Numbered from the stretch's first letter, positions 31,103 through 41,897 are shown. The stretch is DNA of 64,000 nucleotides from Candidatus Omnitrophota bacterium (GCA_018817585.1 JAHITE010000007.1:25251-89250); one strand, 5' to 3'. The notes: a model not told the origin generated them from the letters alone. Program-made: numbers and translations.

Positions 31103-32596
31103 ATGCCTAAAAGGGGAAGTGGATTATTATTACATATTAGTTGTCTAAACTCAAAGTTTGGAATTGGGGATATTGGTCCTAAAGCATTTGAATTTATTAA
31201 TTTTTTAGAAAAAACAAAACAAAGTTATTGGCAAATATTACCGCTTAATCCGACAAATTTAATCAGCGGAAACTCTCCTTATAGCAGTGCCTCTGCTTTT
31301 GCGGCAAACCCCTTATTGATAAGTCCAAAGCTTATGGTAGAGGATGGATTAATTAAAGAAAAAGACTTAGCAGTGTTTGCTGGAATTGTTCAAGATAAAG
31401 TTGACTATTATGCGGTTAGTGATGCTAAATCTGAAATTTTCGCAAAAGCTTTTGAGCAATTTAAGGTAGTCGGGCTTGATGATAATTTCAAAAATTTCTG
31501 TGGAGATAATGCTTTTTGGCTGAATGACTTTGCTGACTTCATGGTTTTTAAAGCTCATTTCGAACAAAAGTGCTGGAGTGAATGGCCAATTGAAATCAGA
31601 GATCGTAATCAGCAGGCCATGCGGGAATTAAGAGAATCCAAGGCAGACAGCATATTAAAAGAAAAGTTTCTCCAGTATTTATTTTATAAACAATGGAATA
31701 ATTTAAAAAAATATGCCAAACAAAAAAATGTGCGAATAATAGGGGACATTCCTATCTATGTGACCTATGACAGCGTGGATGTTTGGACAAATTCAGAAAT
31801 TTTTAAACTTAATCAGGAGAAAAAACTTGAATTTTTAGCAGGAGTACCGCCGGATTATTTTAGTAAAACCGGACAACTATGGGGTAACCCGGTATATGAT
31901 TGGGATAAACTAAAAGAACTAGATTATGCTTGGTGGCTGCAAAGAGTCGAGCATAATCTTAAACTTTTCGATCTGATAAGAATTGATCATTTTCGGGGTT
32001 TTGTTGATTTTTGGGAGGTGCCTGCTGGTCAGGAAACCGCGATTAACGGCCATTGGGTTAATGCTCCGGCAAGGGATTTTTTTAGCAGGTTGGTGAATGA
32101 ATTTCCTGATCTGCCGATTTTAGCTGAAGATCTGGGAATTATTACTGATGCAGTGAGGCAGACAATGAAAGACTTTTCCTTTTCAGGGATGAAGATTCTT
32201 TTATTTGCTTTTTATGAAGAGCTGGTAAAGCATCCTTATTTGCCGCATAATTATATTGAAAACTGCGTAGCATATACAGGGACTCATGATAATAATACTT
32301 TAAGGGGTTGGTTTGAGCAGGAACTGTCACCTGAAGACAAAAAAAGACTTTTTGAATATCTAAAGGCGGAGGTTTCTGTTGAGGACTTAAATTGGGTCCT
32401 GATCAAGCTTTTAATGGATTCCGTAGCGAATCTTGTAATTATCCCGGTTCAGGATATCCTGAATCTAGGACAAGAGCATAGAATGAATATTCCTGGTATT
32501 GCTCATGGTAATTGGCAATGGAGGATAAATTGTGAATATATTGGGGAAAACATTAGTGAAAATCTTTTGTCCTTAACTTTAAACTCAAACAGATAA
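31103..32596 (+). CDS. malQ: 4-alpha-glucanotransferase (amylomaltase, GH77)
   Basis: RGSGLLLHISCL...GIGDIG, YWQILPLNPT and GDIPIYV motifs. Confidence 0.85.
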   Translation: MPKRGSGLLLHISCLNSKFGIGDIGPKAFEFINFLEKTKQSYWQILPLNPTNLISGNSPYSSASAFAANPLLISPKLMVEDGLIKEKDLAVFAGIVQDKVDYYAVSDAKSEIFAKAFEQFKVVGLDDNFKNFCGDNAFWLNDFADFMVFKAHFEQKCWSEWPIEIRDRNQQAMRELRESKADSILKEKFLQYLFYKQWNNLKKYAKQKNVRIIGDIPIYVTYDSVDVWTNSEIFKLNQEKKLEFLAGVPPDYFSKTGQLWGNPVYDWDKLKELDYAWWLQRVEHNLKLFDLIRIDHFRGFVDFWEVPAGQETAINGHWVNAPARDFFSRLVNEFPDLPILAEDLGIITDAVRQTMKDFSFSGMKILLFAFYEELVKHPYLPHNYIENCVAYTGTHDNNTLRGWFEQELSPEDKKRLFEYLKAEVSVEDLNWVLIKLLMDSVANLVIIPVQDILNLGQEHRMNIPGIAHGNWQWRINCEYIGENISENLLSLTLNSNR

Positions 32597-32642
32597 ATAA
32601 GTTGCACTAATCACACCTTTTAAAACAATTATGATTTTTATT

Positions 32643-32671
32643 TTGCAATAATCAGTTTGATGTGGTATAAT
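32643..32671 (+). promoter_or_regulatory. near-consensus promoter TTGCAA-17-TATAAT with an extended -10 TG
   Basis: Direct read: TG at -15/-14 (32663-32664), TATAAT at 32666-32671. Confidence 0.5.
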
Positions 32672-32721
32672 TAATAAGATTTAAAAAGATATAAATAAGT
32701 TTTAAGACATTAAAGGAGAGT

Positions 32722-32901
32722 ATGCGAGACACAAGAAAACTTTTTAATGCTGATTTTTCTAAATCGACTTTTGTGTATTGTTTTCATAAAGATACATTCT
32801 TTAAAGTTGCCTACATGGTTTTAATTTGTTATTTGTTTTTTATTTCTATTATTATGCTTGTTGATGCTTTAAGAGAAAAGCAGATTTTTTCTTCCTTCTA
32901 A
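32722..32901 (+). CDS. candidate 59-aa small membrane protein (MRDTRKLFNADFSKSTFVYCFHKDTFFKVAYMVLICYLFFISIIMLVDALREKQIFSSF)
   Basis: Strong RBS AAAGGAG 6 nt before the ATG, about 44 nt after the consensus promoter. One hydrophobic helix. Just under the ORF-track size cutoff. Confidence 0.35.
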   Translation: MRDTRKLFNADFSKSTFVYCFHKDTFFKVAYMVLICYLFFISIIMLVDALREKQIFSSF

Positions 32902-33000
32902 CCTCCTGTTTTATATTCAGATTAAAGCCGATTTTTTAAAATCCGATTTCTAATGTTTGAGCAAAGATAGGCTGATCATATAAATATATTAGTCAAAGTT

Positions 33001-33029
33001 TTGCTGGACATAGGCAGGCAGTGTAATAT
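33001..33029 (+). promoter_or_regulatory. candidate promoter TTGCTG-17-TAATAT placing the hflX ATG (33040) about 4 nt after the transcription start (leaderless?)
   Basis: Direct read. No RBS before the 33040 ATG. Confidence 0.3.
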
Positions 33030-33039
33030 AATACCCTGT

Positions 33040-34293
33040 ATGGAAAAAATTATTACTGTTACAGTAAATATCACTGAAAATCGGCATATTGTCGATGATT
33101 GGTCTTTAGCGCAATCATCGCAGGAGCTGGCGCTTTTAATCGGCACAGTAAAAGGCCAGATTGTTGGGCAAATGCTTGTTAACCGTAAAAGTCCAACACC
33201 CTATTCCTATTTAGGTAAAGGCAAGATTGAGGAATTATCTGAATTAGTAAAAGAATCTAAGGCGCAAACTGTTATTTTTAATAATGACTTAACTCCTACT
33301 CAGCAGCGAAATCTTGAACAAATAATCGGGATTAAAATAATTGATCGCACTCAATTAATTCTGGATATATTCGCGCAGCATGCAAGAAGCAGCGAGGGAA
33401 AAGTCCAGGTAGAGCTTGCTCAGCTGCAATATCTTTTACCGCGTTTATCAGGTAAGGGTGTTGTTTTATCCAGGTTGGGCGGTGGTATCGGTACTCGCGG
33501 TCCAGGCGAACAAAAGCTTGAAATTGATAGACGTCGGATTCGGACGCGAATTGATCGCCTGAAAAAAGAGATCCAAATTTTAAGCAAAAGACGTTTGCAG
33601 TTAAGAAAAAGACGCTTGGATAATTCTTTGTCCACAGTTGCTTTGGTTGGATACACAAATGCCGGCAAATCAACATTACTAAATGCTTTGGCTGGCGCAA
33701 GTGTGAAAATTAAAAATGAAATGTTTAGTACACTAGATCCTGTTACCAAACAAGTGGCTTTGCCGGGATGTAAATTAAAAATTCTGCTATCTGATACCGT
33801 TGGATTTTTGCATAAACTGCCGCATGATTTAATCGAAGCTTTTCAGGCAACGCTTGAAGCAGTAAAAGACGCGCAGTTAATAGTTGTAGTTTTGGATGTT
33901 TCTGATGATCTTGTTTACCAGCATAATGATGCTATTTGGGAAGTTCTAGGCCAGCTAAAGGTGCAAGATACTCCCATTGTCTATGCTTTTAACAAAATAG
34001 ACATTATTGATAATCCCAGCTTAATTGAGCGTTTAAAAAGAAGATTTAATCCCTGCGTAGCTGTGTCTGCTAAAAACAATCTAAATATGGGTAAGCTTTT
34101 AAAAGTTATTGAGGATTTATTATTCAGCGAGTCTACGATTAGTGAATTTTATATCAAACATAATCAAATGAATATATTGAATACTATTTATGAGCAAGGC
34201 AAGGTGCTTAATTTTGAGCATCTGCCTGATGGTATTTCGCTAAAAGTAAGGCTGCCTGTGCAAATAGCAAAAAAGCTCTTGACAGAAATTTAA
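33040..34293 (+). CDS. hflX: GTPase HflX
   Basis: HflX N-domain ([22 protein letters not shown]) plus G-domain [14 protein letters not shown] and NKID. I prefer the ATG at 33040 over the upstream TTG. Confidence 0.85.
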   Translation: MEKIITVTVNITENRHIVDDWSLAQSSQELALLIGTVKGQIVGQMLVNRKSPTPYSYLGKGKIEELSELVKESKAQTVIFNNDLTPTQQRNLEQIIGIKIIDRTQLILDIFAQHARSSEGKVQVELAQLQYLLPRLSGKGVVLSRLGGGIGTRGPGEQKLEIDRRRIRTRIDRLKKEIQILSKRRLQLRKRRLDNSLSTVALVGYTNAGKSTLLNALAGASVKIKNEMFSTLDPVTKQVALPGCKLKILLSDTVGFLHKLPHDLIEAFQATLEAVKDAQLIVVVLDVSDDLVYQHNDAIWEVLGQLKVQDTPIVYAFNKIDIIDNPSLIERLKRRFNPCVAVSAKNNLNMGKLLKVIEDLLFSESTISEFYIKHNQMNILNTIYEQGKVLNFEHLPDGISLKVRLPVQIAKKLLTEI

Positions 34294-34308
34294 GCCTCAT
34301 GTTAATAT
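34279..34308 (+). promoter_or_regulatory. sigma70 promoter TTGACA-17/18-TAATAT of the hrcA operon
   Basis: Direct read. It sits inside the 3' end of hflX. Confidence 0.7.
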
Positions 34309-34309
34309 A

Positions 34310-34336
34310 TTAGCACTCTTACGTAGAGAGTGCTAA
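34310..34336 (+). promoter_or_regulatory. CIRCE operator TTAGCACTC-N9-GAGTGCTAA (perfect consensus)
   Basis: Exact match to the canonical HrcA-binding inverted repeat, immediately downstream of the -10 and upstream of hrcA. Confidence 0.9.
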
Positions 34337-34348
34337 AGCGGAGAAGAC

Positions 34349-35401
34349 TTGAAAGTAGATGTAGATCTAAGAAGAGAAACAATTTTAAGAATTGTAATTA
34401 ATAATTATATTTCAACAGGTAGTCCTGTTAGTTCAAGAACTATTTGTAATAAATATAAAATAGCTTTGTGTCCGGCTTCAGTGAGAAATGTATTAGCTGA
34501 TTTAGAAGAACAGGGAATGATAACTCATTTACATACATCAGCGGGCAGAATTCCTACTGATAAAGGCTATCGTTATTATGTTGACCGGCTGATTAAGTAT
34601 TCCGGGCTTACGCCCCAGGAGCAGGGATTTATTAATAATGAGTATTTAAGTAATCATATTGCTTTAGAAGAAGTAATGAGCAAGACATCTAAGTTGTTAT
34701 CGAGCATGACAAGCTATGCGGCAGTGGTGTCGCAGCCGGAAATCAATAGAACGGCTTTTAAACATATACAATTTACTTTGCTGGATTCTAAAAAAGTTTG
34801 CGTTACTTTAATTGCCAATACAGGCATGACTAAAAGCGCGGTAGTGCAGTTTGATTCACAAATTGACAAACAGCAGCTAGTAAGAATTCAGAATTTTATG
34901 AATGAGCAGCTGGAAGATGTGCCATTATCTCACGTAAAAATGAAATTGCGGAAGATGATGATCCAGCAAAGAGATTCTTTTTTTCAGGTTTTACAGCAAG
35001 CGATTGATCTGGTTAATTTAAGTTCGCTTATTGATGACAGTATGCGTTTTTATCTTGAAGGAATAAGTAATATTCTTGATTTTCCTGATTTTGAAGACGC
35101 TGGGATGATTCGTTCTTTAATTAAAGTTTTGGATCAAAAAATCAGGCTTGTTGACATGCTCAATGATATTATAAGCGAGACTGATAATACAAAAAAAATA
35201 AGGGTTTTTATTGGACAGGAAAATCCTTATGATATGGGAAATAATTGTACAATAATTATGAGCAGCTACGCGCTTGATGATAAAACAGTTGGCGGCTTGG
35301 GGATTATCGGTCCAAAACGTATGGATTATGGAAAGGCAATTGCTCTTGTCCGATATGTTTCTGAAGTGCTTAGTGATGCTTTAAACCGATACAGTTTTTA
35401 A
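34349..35401 (+). CDS. hrcA: heat-inducible transcription repressor HrcA
   Basis: N-terminal wHTH (ILRIVINNYISTGSPVSSR), HrcA length, and the CIRCE-hrcA-grpE-dnaK-dnaJ context. Confidence 0.85.
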   Translation: MKVDVDLRRETILRIVINNYISTGSPVSSRTICNKYKIALCPASVRNVLADLEEQGMITHLHTSAGRIPTDKGYRYYVDRLIKYSGLTPQEQGFINNEYLSNHIALEEVMSKTSKLLSSMTSYAAVVSQPEINRTAFKHIQFTLLDSKKVCVTLIANTGMTKSAVVQFDSQIDKQQLVRIQNFMNEQLEDVPLSHVKMKLRKMMIQQRDSFFQVLQQAIDLVNLSSLIDDSMRFYLEGISNILDFPDFEDAGMIRSLIKVLDQKIRLVDMLNDIISETDNTKKIRVFIGQENPYDMGNNCTIIMSSYALDDKTVGGLGIIGPKRMDYGKAIALVRYVSEVLSDALNRYSF

Positions 35402-35413
35402 GGGAAATTTATT

Positions 35414-35998
35414 ATGAATAAAAAGAAAGAGAATGAAATTAATAAAGAATCTGATCAGAAAGAAGATGCGGTCAATGATCAGGAAAAAAATAATGATGAA
35501 AATGCTGAAGAACAAATAATATCAATTCCTAAAGCTGAATATGATCAATTATTGCTTAGCCGTGACAATGCGGCTAAAGCTTTGGAAAAAATGCTGCGGA
35601 TTCAGGCTGATTTTGAAAATTCAAGAAAACGGCTTGAACGGGATAAAATTGATTTTATCAAGTATGCAAATGATCAAATAATTAGTCAATTAATTCCGTT
35701 TGTTGATGATTTTAAACGTGCGTTTGCATCTGCGGATCAAACAAAAGACTTTGATGTTTTGCATAAAGGTGTCGAGATGATATTAAAGCATTTGCTTGAT
35801 TTATTAAAAGAAAAGGGAGTTGTGGAAATAGAAGCAGTGGGGAAGTTGTTTGATCCGGCTTTTCATGAAGCAATGTTACAGGTTGAAACAGATGAATATC
35901 CCGAAAATACTGTAGTCGAGGAGTTTCAGAAAGGATATCTTTTGAACGACCGGGTTTTAAGAGCGGCAAAAGTTAAAGTTGCTAAAGCAAAAGAATAA
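35414..35998 (+). CDS. grpE: nucleotide exchange factor GrpE
   Basis: Coiled-coil body plus C-terminal beta-domain motifs (GFDPAFHEAM). Confidence 0.9.
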   Translation: MNKKKENEINKESDQKEDAVNDQEKNNDENAEEQIISIPKAEYDQLLLSRDNAAKALEKMLRIQADFENSRKRLERDKIDFIKYANDQIISQLIPFVDDFKRAFASADQTKDFDVLHKGVEMILKHLLDLLKEKGVVEIEAVGKLFDPAFHEAMLQVETDEYPENTVVEEFQKGYLLNDRVLRAAKVKVAKAKE

Positions 35999-36047
35999 TA
36001 ACAAGAACATAATCACACTTAAACTATAAAATAGGGAGGTAGGAAAA

Positions 36048-37934
36048 ATGGCAAAAGTAATTGGAATTGATTTAGGTACATCTAATTCAGCGGCATCGAT
36101 ATTAGAAGGCGGAAGACCAGTGATAATTCCTTCAGCAGAAGGAACAACAGTTGGCGGCGGGAAGGCTTTTCCATCTATTGTTGCTTTTACAAAAGATGGA
36201 CAAAGATTGGTTGGCGAGCCAGCACGTCGTCAGGCTTCGATAAATGCACAAGGAACCATTCAGGCAGCTAAAAGAAAAATGGGACTTGATTACCATTTTG
36301 AAGCTCATGGAAATAAGTATACTCCGCAGCAGATATCAGCTTTCATCTTGCAGAAAATAAAAGAAGACGCGGAAGCTTATTTGGGCGACAAAGTGGAAGA
36401 AGTGGTTATTACTTGCCCGGCATACTTTGATGATAATCAAAGGCAGGCAACCAAAGATGCAGGTCAGATCGCTGGCTTAAAAGTGTTACGAATTATAAAT
36501 GAGCCAACAGCAGCTTGTCTGGCTTATGGATTGGACAAATCAGGCAAAGAACGAAAAATTCTGGTTTTTGATCTGGGCGGCGGTACTCTTGACGTAACAA
36601 TCATGGAAATGGCCGATGGGGTATTTGAAGTAAAATCCACACATGGTGATACCCATCTTGGCGGTACTGATATGGATAATGTGTTAATTGACTACATTGC
36701 TGATCAGTTTAAAAAAGAAAGCGGTATTGATCTGCGTGGCGATAAAATGGCTGTGCAAAGATTAAGAGAAGCCGCGGAAAAAGCAAAAATTGAACTTTCC
36801 GGAGCTTTGGCTACAGATATTAATCTGCCGTTTATTACTGCAGATGCAACTGGACCAAAACATCTTACTTTAAATATCAGCCGAGCTAAATTGGAAGATC
36901 TGATCAATCCGATAGTTGAGCGCTGTCGTGGTCCGATTGAAAAAGCAATTGCTGATTCTAAAATTCTGGTCAACAAGATTGATAAAATAATTATGGTTGG
37001 CGGTCCGACTCGGATGCCGATTGTCCAGAAATTTGTCGAAAGCGTTATTGGCACAAAAATTGAAGGTGGAGTTGACCCAATGGAATGCGTTGCCATGGGC
37101 GCGGCTATTCAGGCTGGAATTATCAAAGGTGATGTAAAAGATATCTTGTTGCTTGACGTTACTCCTTTATCACTGGGAATCGAAACTCTGGGCAGTATTT
37201 GCACAAAATTAATTGAGCGCAATACAACAATTCCTACGAAAAAGAGCCAGATATTCTCAACCGCGGCTGACAATCAAACAGAAGTAACAATCAGAGTATT
37301 GCAGGGTGAACGCCAGATGGCAAACGATAATGTGGAGCTTGGCCGATTTAATCTGGTTGGCATTCCTCCGGCGGCACGCGGTATTCCGCAAATAGAAGTT
37401 GCCTTTGATATTGACGCGAATGGTTTAGTGCATGTCGCGGCTAAGGACCTTGGTACAGGTAAAGAACAGTCAATAAAAATTACTGCTCCGAAAAAACTCT
37501 CAGAAGAAGAAATTGCCAAAATGGTAAAAGACGCGGAGGTTTTTGCTGAAGCAGATAAAAAGAAAAAGGAAGAAGTAGAAACTCGTAACCAGGCAGAAAA
37601 TCTGGTTTATAGCACTGAAAAATCGCTAAAAGATTTTGGCGATAAAGTAAAAAAAGAAGATAAAGAAAATATTGAGAAAAAATTAGCTGAGCTTAAAGAA
37701 GTATCAAAAGGAACAGACATAGAGAAAATAAAAACAGCTATAGAAGAAGTTTCAAAAGCAGCACATTCCTTGGCCGAAGAAATATATAAAGCTCAGGCCG
37801 CTCAGCAACAGGCGCAAGCCGGGGCTCAGGCAGCTGGCGGACAGGCACAACAGGAAGAAGATAGCCAGTCAGATCAGAAAGCCAAAGAAGATGTGGTTGA
37901 TGCTGAGTATAAAGTAGAAGACGAGAAGAAATAA
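36048..37934 (+). CDS. dnaK: chaperone DnaK (Hsp70)
   Basis: [18 protein letters not shown] and [10 protein letters not shown] motifs. 628 aa. Confidence 0.95.
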   Translation: MAKVIGIDLGTSNSAASILEGGRPVIIPSAEGTTVGGGKAFPSIVAFTKDGQRLVGEPARRQASINAQGTIQAAKRKMGLDYHFEAHGNKYTPQQISAFILQKIKEDAEAYLGDKVEEVVITCPAYFDDNQRQATKDAGQIAGLKVLRIINEPTAACLAYGLDKSGKERKILVFDLGGGTLDVTIMEMADGVFEVKSTHGDTHLGGTDMDNVLIDYIADQFKKESGIDLRGDKMAVQRLREAAEKAKIELSGALATDINLPFITADATGPKHLTLNISRAKLEDLINPIVERCRGPIEKAIADSKILVNKIDKIIMVGGPTRMPIVQKFVESVIGTKIEGGVDPMECVAMGAAIQAGIIKGDVKDILLLDVTPLSLGIETLGSICTKLIERNTTIPTKKSQIFSTAADNQTEVTIRVLQGERQMANDNVELGRFNLVGIPPAARGIPQIEVAFDIDANGLVHVAAKDLGTGKEQSIKITAPKKLSEEEIAKMVKDAEVFAEADKKKKEEVETRNQAENLVYSTEKSLKDFGDKVKKEDKENIEKKLAELKEVSKGTDIEKIKTAIEEVSKAAHSLAEEIYKAQAAQQQAQAGAQAAGGQAQQEEDSQSDQKAKEDVVDAEYKVEDEKK

Positions 37935-37948
37935 ACTAACTAACCAAG

Positions 37949-38009
37949 AGACAGTAGCTAATACAGCAAACATGTTATATATCGCTTATTAGCTACTGTC
38001 TGTTTTATG
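37949..38009 (+). terminator. perfect 15-bp hairpin AGACAGTAGCTAATA / TATTAGCTACTGTCT (23-nt loop) plus GTTTTATG; partial terminator/attenuator between dnaK and dnaJ
   Basis: The arms are exact reverse complements, with a U-rich tract following. Confidence 0.6.
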
Positions 38010-38035
38010 CTTATTAATATTGTTAGGATAAAAAA

Positions 38036-39175
38036 ATGACTAATCGCGATTATTATGAAATATTAGGTGTTAGCAAGGGCTCTGAAGTTGAGGAAATTAA
38101 AAAAAGTTATCGAAAACTGGCAATGAAATATCATCCAGACAGGGCTGAGCCTGAAAAGCGTAAAGAGTCTGAAGAAAAATTTAAAGAAATATCAGAAGCT
38201 TATGCAGTACTGTCTGATGATAATAAGCGTGCTCAATATGATCGTTTTGGTCATGCCGGAATAAATAATCAATATAGCTCAGAAGATATATTTAAAGGCG
38301 CTGATTTTGGTTCTATTTTTGAGGAAATGGGTTTTGGCGGCGGGATTTTTGATGAACTGTTTTCTGGCGGCAGAGGCGGCAGCCGGCGTTCACAAAGAGG
38401 TCCAAGACGCGGTGCTGATCTGGAATATCAGTTAGAGATTAGTTTTGAAGAAGCGGCCTTAGGAATAGAAAAAACAATATCAATCCGCCGCGGAGAATCC
38501 TGCAGCGACTGTAATGGCGAAGGGGCTGCTCCTGGCACAAAGAAAATTACCTGCCCTGCTTGTAAAGGCAGCGGACAAATCGGACAATCAGCGGGATTTT
38601 TCACAATTGCCAGAACATGTGATAGTTGTCATGGCCAAGGCCAGATTATAACCACTCCTTGTAAAAAATGTCAAGGCCGGGGAAAAGTTTCGATAGACCG
38701 GAAAATAAATGTTAAAATTCCTGCTGGCGTGGACAATGGTTCACATTTACGCGTACGCTCCGAAGGTGAAGCCGGAGATAAAAATGGGCCGAACGGAGAT
38801 TTATATATTTTAATCCGGCTTAAAAAACATGAAACATTCGAGCGGAATAATGCCGATATATACTGTACTGTTCCGATTAGCTTTGTCGGGGCTGTGTTGG
38901 GAACTGAAATTGAAGTACCCACGCTCTATGAGTCTAAAATTAAAATGAAGATTCCCGCGGGAACTCCCAGCGAAAAGATATTTCGAGTTTCCGGCAAGGG
39001 ATTTTCGGATCTTCGCGGTCACGGTAAAGGGGATCAGTTTGTAAAAGTCAGAGTTCAGGTTCCGACAAACCTTAACCCAAGCCAGAAAAAATCTTTACTT
39101 GAATATGCTAAGCTTACAGGTGAGGATATATCCAACGAATCTATAGCTCAGAAAATTAAAAAAGCATTTAAGTAA
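38036..39175 (+). CDS. dnaJ: chaperone DnaJ
   Basis: J-domain with HPD, a G/F region, four CxxCxGxG zinc-finger repeats and C-terminal domains. Confidence 0.95.
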   Translation: MTNRDYYEILGVSKGSEVEEIKKSYRKLAMKYHPDRAEPEKRKESEEKFKEISEAYAVLSDDNKRAQYDRFGHAGINNQYSSEDIFKGADFGSIFEEMGFGGGIFDELFSGGRGGSRRSQRGPRRGADLEYQLEISFEEAALGIEKTISIRRGESCSDCNGEGAAPGTKKITCPACKGSGQIGQSAGFFTIARTCDSCHGQGQIITTPCKKCQGRGKVSIDRKINVKIPAGVDNGSHLRVRSEGEAGDKNGPNGDLYILIRLKKHETFERNNADIYCTVPISFVGAVLGTEIEVPTLYESKIKMKIPAGTPSEKIFRVSGKGFSDLRGHGKGDQFVKVRVQVPTNLNPSQKKSLLEYAKLTGEDISNESIAQKIKKAFK

Positions 39176-39206
39176 AAACGAGATTGATTTAGAAAGGATG
39201 ATTTAA

Positions 39207-39545
39207 TTGCCTACATATGATTATGAATGTTTATCTTGCGGGTATCTGTTTGAGCTGTTTCAGCAAATGAGCGAGAACCCGATTAAGAAATGTCCTGAAT
39301 GCGGAAAAAATACAGCGAAAAGACATATTGGCGCGGGCATGGGGATTATCTTTAAAGGCTCAGGGTTTTATGAAACTGATTATAAGCGCACAGATACAGC
39401 CGGATCAGGAGGAAGATCTCCTCAAAATAATATAGGAAAAGATTCTACAAAAAAAGAAACCGCTGAAAAAAGCGAAACAGCTAAACCAGTTGCTGAGAGT
39501 AAAGTAGAAAATAAGTCTCAGAGCAAAGAGAAAGATAAAAAATAA
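39207..39545 (+). CDS. FmdB-family zinc-ribbon protein
   Basis: MPTYDYECLSCGY...KCPECG N-terminal zinc ribbon (TIGR02605-like) and a low-complexity tail. Confidence 0.6.
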   Translation: MPTYDYECLSCGYLFELFQQMSENPIKKCPECGKNTAKRHIGAGMGIIFKGSGFYETDYKRTDTAGSGGRSPQNNIGKDSTKKETAEKSETAKPVAESKVENKSQSKEKDKK

Positions 39546-39546
39546 T

Positions 39547-39909
39547 ATGGGCAGGCATTTTCGTTTATACTGGCTGCCTGTAATAAGTTGGGCAATTTTG
39601 ATCTTTATCCTGTCATCGATTTCCCGATTCCCCAAGCAGCTTGAACCTGTATTTTCAGTGGATAAGCTGGCGCACACTATAGAATATGCTATTTTTGGTT
39701 TTTTGTGGGCAAGAGCATTTAGTAATTCTCAAACTGAAAACTTTAAAAAATTCTTTCGCATTTTAGCAATAATTTGTGTTATTGTATATGGAATAACTGA
39801 TGAGTGGCATCAGAGTTTTGTGCTCTATCGTACGGCCAGTGTCATGGATTTATTATATGATAGTTTGGGCGGGATAATCGGTCAAATGTTTTACAGGAAA
39901 ATAAGCTAA
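39547..39909 (+). CDS. VanZ-like membrane protein
   Basis: 120 aa with 3-4 TM helices and a DEWHQ motif typical of the VanZ family. Confidence 0.5.
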   Translation: MGRHFRLYWLPVISWAILIFILSSISRFPKQLEPVFSVDKLAHTIEYAIFGFLWARAFSNSQTENFKKFFRILAIICVIVYGITDEWHQSFVLYRTASVMDLLYDSLGGIIGQMFYRKIS

Positions 39910-39927
39910 TAAACCTAGGAGCTAAAG

Positions 39928-41181
39928 ATGGCAGATATTTTACCTTTTAATGGATTGCGCTATAATAAGAAAAAAGTTAAAGATATAAACAAAACTTTTG
40001 CTCCGCCTTATGATGTTATTTCCGAGCAGGAACAAAAAGATTTGTATAAACAACATGAATTTAACGTAATAAGATTGATCTTAGGCAAGATAACAGCCGC
40101 GGATAATCAAAAAAATAATCGTTATACAAGAGCAGGAAAATTGTTTTCCAAATGGATAAAAGACCAAGTTTTAATTCAGGATGAAAAGCCGTCAATTTAT
40201 TTATATACTCAGGACTATCAATTTGAGGGAATTGTTAAAAAAAGAATCGGGTTTATTGCCAAAATGCATTTTGAAGGAAAAGGTTGTTTGCCGCATGAAC
40301 ATACACTGGCTAAGCCTAAGGTAGATAGAGTGAATTTAATCCGGGCGGTTAGAGCGAATCTTAGTCCGATATTTTCTTTTTATATTGATAATAAAAACGA
40401 AATCGATAAAGTCTTATTGCCGTTTGCTGAGAAAAAGCCAGAAATAAGCTATAAAGATAGTGAAAAAATAACGCATCGTTTCTGGAAAATAGATGATCAA
40501 GCAGCGATAGAAAAAGTTAAAAAGCTGATGAGCAAAAAAGAGACTTTTATCGCGGATGGGCATCATCGCTATGAAGTAGCAAAATCTTTTCATGAAGAAT
40601 CTCTTAAAAACGGGCAGATGGGCGCTGATGGGGTAATGGTATATTTCACCGGGTTTAATGAACAGAACCTGAGCGTTATGCCGACACATAGAATGGTTAA
40701 AGATATTCCGGATCTTGAGAAAAAAATAGATTTGTTAAACAATTATTTTAAAATCACGAAAGTTGATGATTTAAACGCTATGCTTAAAATGCAGAAAGAC
40801 GCATCGGGATTTTCTTTGGGCATGTGTTATGCCGATGATTTTTATGTTTTAAAAATGAAAGATAAAAAATTACTTAATAAAATAATGGAAGAATCTCCTG
40901 AACAATGGCGAAAACTCGATGTTGCCATGTTAAATAAAGTGGTTTTTGAACATATTTTCAAACTTAATGAAACCGAGAAAGAAGAGAAAGTAACATATAC
41001 CAGAGATCTTTTATTTGCTGTAAAATGCGTGAAAAATAAAAAAGTGGGAGTTGTGTTTTTCCCCAATACAACCAAGGCGGATCAGGTTAAAAAAATCGCG
41101 TTATCTGGAAATCGCATGCCGCAAAAATCAACTTATTTTTATCCAAAACCAATAACCGGACTTGTTATCAATAAGTTTTAA
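39928..41181 (+). CDS. DUF1015-family protein
   Basis: MADILPFNGLRYN N-terminus and ADGHHRY motif, characteristic of DUF1015. Confidence 0.65.
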   Translation: MADILPFNGLRYNKKKVKDINKTFAPPYDVISEQEQKDLYKQHEFNVIRLILGKITAADNQKNNRYTRAGKLFSKWIKDQVLIQDEKPSIYLYTQDYQFEGIVKKRIGFIAKMHFEGKGCLPHEHTLAKPKVDRVNLIRAVRANLSPIFSFYIDNKNEIDKVLLPFAEKKPEISYKDSEKITHRFWKIDDQAAIEKVKKLMSKKETFIADGHHRYEVAKSFHEESLKNGQMGADGVMVYFTGFNEQNLSVMPTHRMVKDIPDLEKKIDLLNNYFKITKVDDLNAMLKMQKDASGFSLGMCYADDFYVLKMKDKKLLNKIMEESPEQWRKLDVAMLNKVVFEHIFKLNETEKEEKVTYTRDLLFAVKCVKNKKVGVVFFPNTTKADQVKKIALSGNRMPQKSTYFYPKPITGLVINKF

Positions 41182-41285
41182 TATATAATAATTAACAGCT
41201 CAAAGTGATAAATATACAGCCAAAGCCAAGATTAAATAAGCATCTTGGCTTAGGTTATTTTTATTCATTTTATTAATCTGTTTTA

Positions 41286-41897
41286 TTGAGGGGTCAGATG
41301 ATGAGGAAAAATAAAAAATCCAAAGAAAATGAAAATATTTATGATTTTTTTGCTGAATCCGGACTGCTTAAAAGAGTAAAGCGAAGCGGCTGGTGGGTGG
41401 TTGGAATAAAAGATCCGGAAAGCGTTGCTGATCATTGCTATCGCTGCGCTGTAATCGGCTACGTGCTGGCTAAAATGGAACAAGCTGACGCGCATAGCGT
41501 TACAATGATGTGCTTGTTCAATGATTTACACGAAGCAAGAATAAATGACGCGCATAAAGTAGCTTCAACTTATTTGAATTATCGGGAAGCGGAAAATAAA
41601 GCTTTTTTTTATCAAATTGAAAATTTGCCAAAATCAATCAGCAGTGAAATGGCTGATTGGCGCAAACAATACATTAAACAGGAAAATTTGGAGAGTATTA
41701 TTGCTCGGGACGCGGATATCTTTGAATGCTTGATGCAGGCAAAAGAATATTCAGATCAAGGTAATACCCAAGCAAAACTGTTTTTCAAAAAAGCCCCGAG
41801 TTTTTTAAAAACAAAAAGCGCGAAAAAACTTTGGAAAGATTTAAGAAAATGGGACAGCAGTCATTGGTGGCAGAAGATTACAGAATTTGAAAGATAA
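41286..41897 (+). CDS. HD-domain hydrolase (YfbR-like 5'-deoxynucleotidase family)
   Basis: LKRVKRSGW, H...HCYRCAVIGYVLA, NDLHEARINDA and DADIFECLMQA motifs. Confidence 0.6.
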   Translation: MRGQMMRKNKKSKENENIYDFFAESGLLKRVKRSGWWVVGIKDPESVADHCYRCAVIGYVLAKMEQADAHSVTMMCLFNDLHEARINDAHKVASTYLNYREAENKAFFYQIENLPKSISSEMADWRKQYIKQENLESIIARDADIFECLMQAKEYSDQGNTQAKLFFKKAPSFLKTKSAKKLWKDLRKWDSSHWWQKITEFER

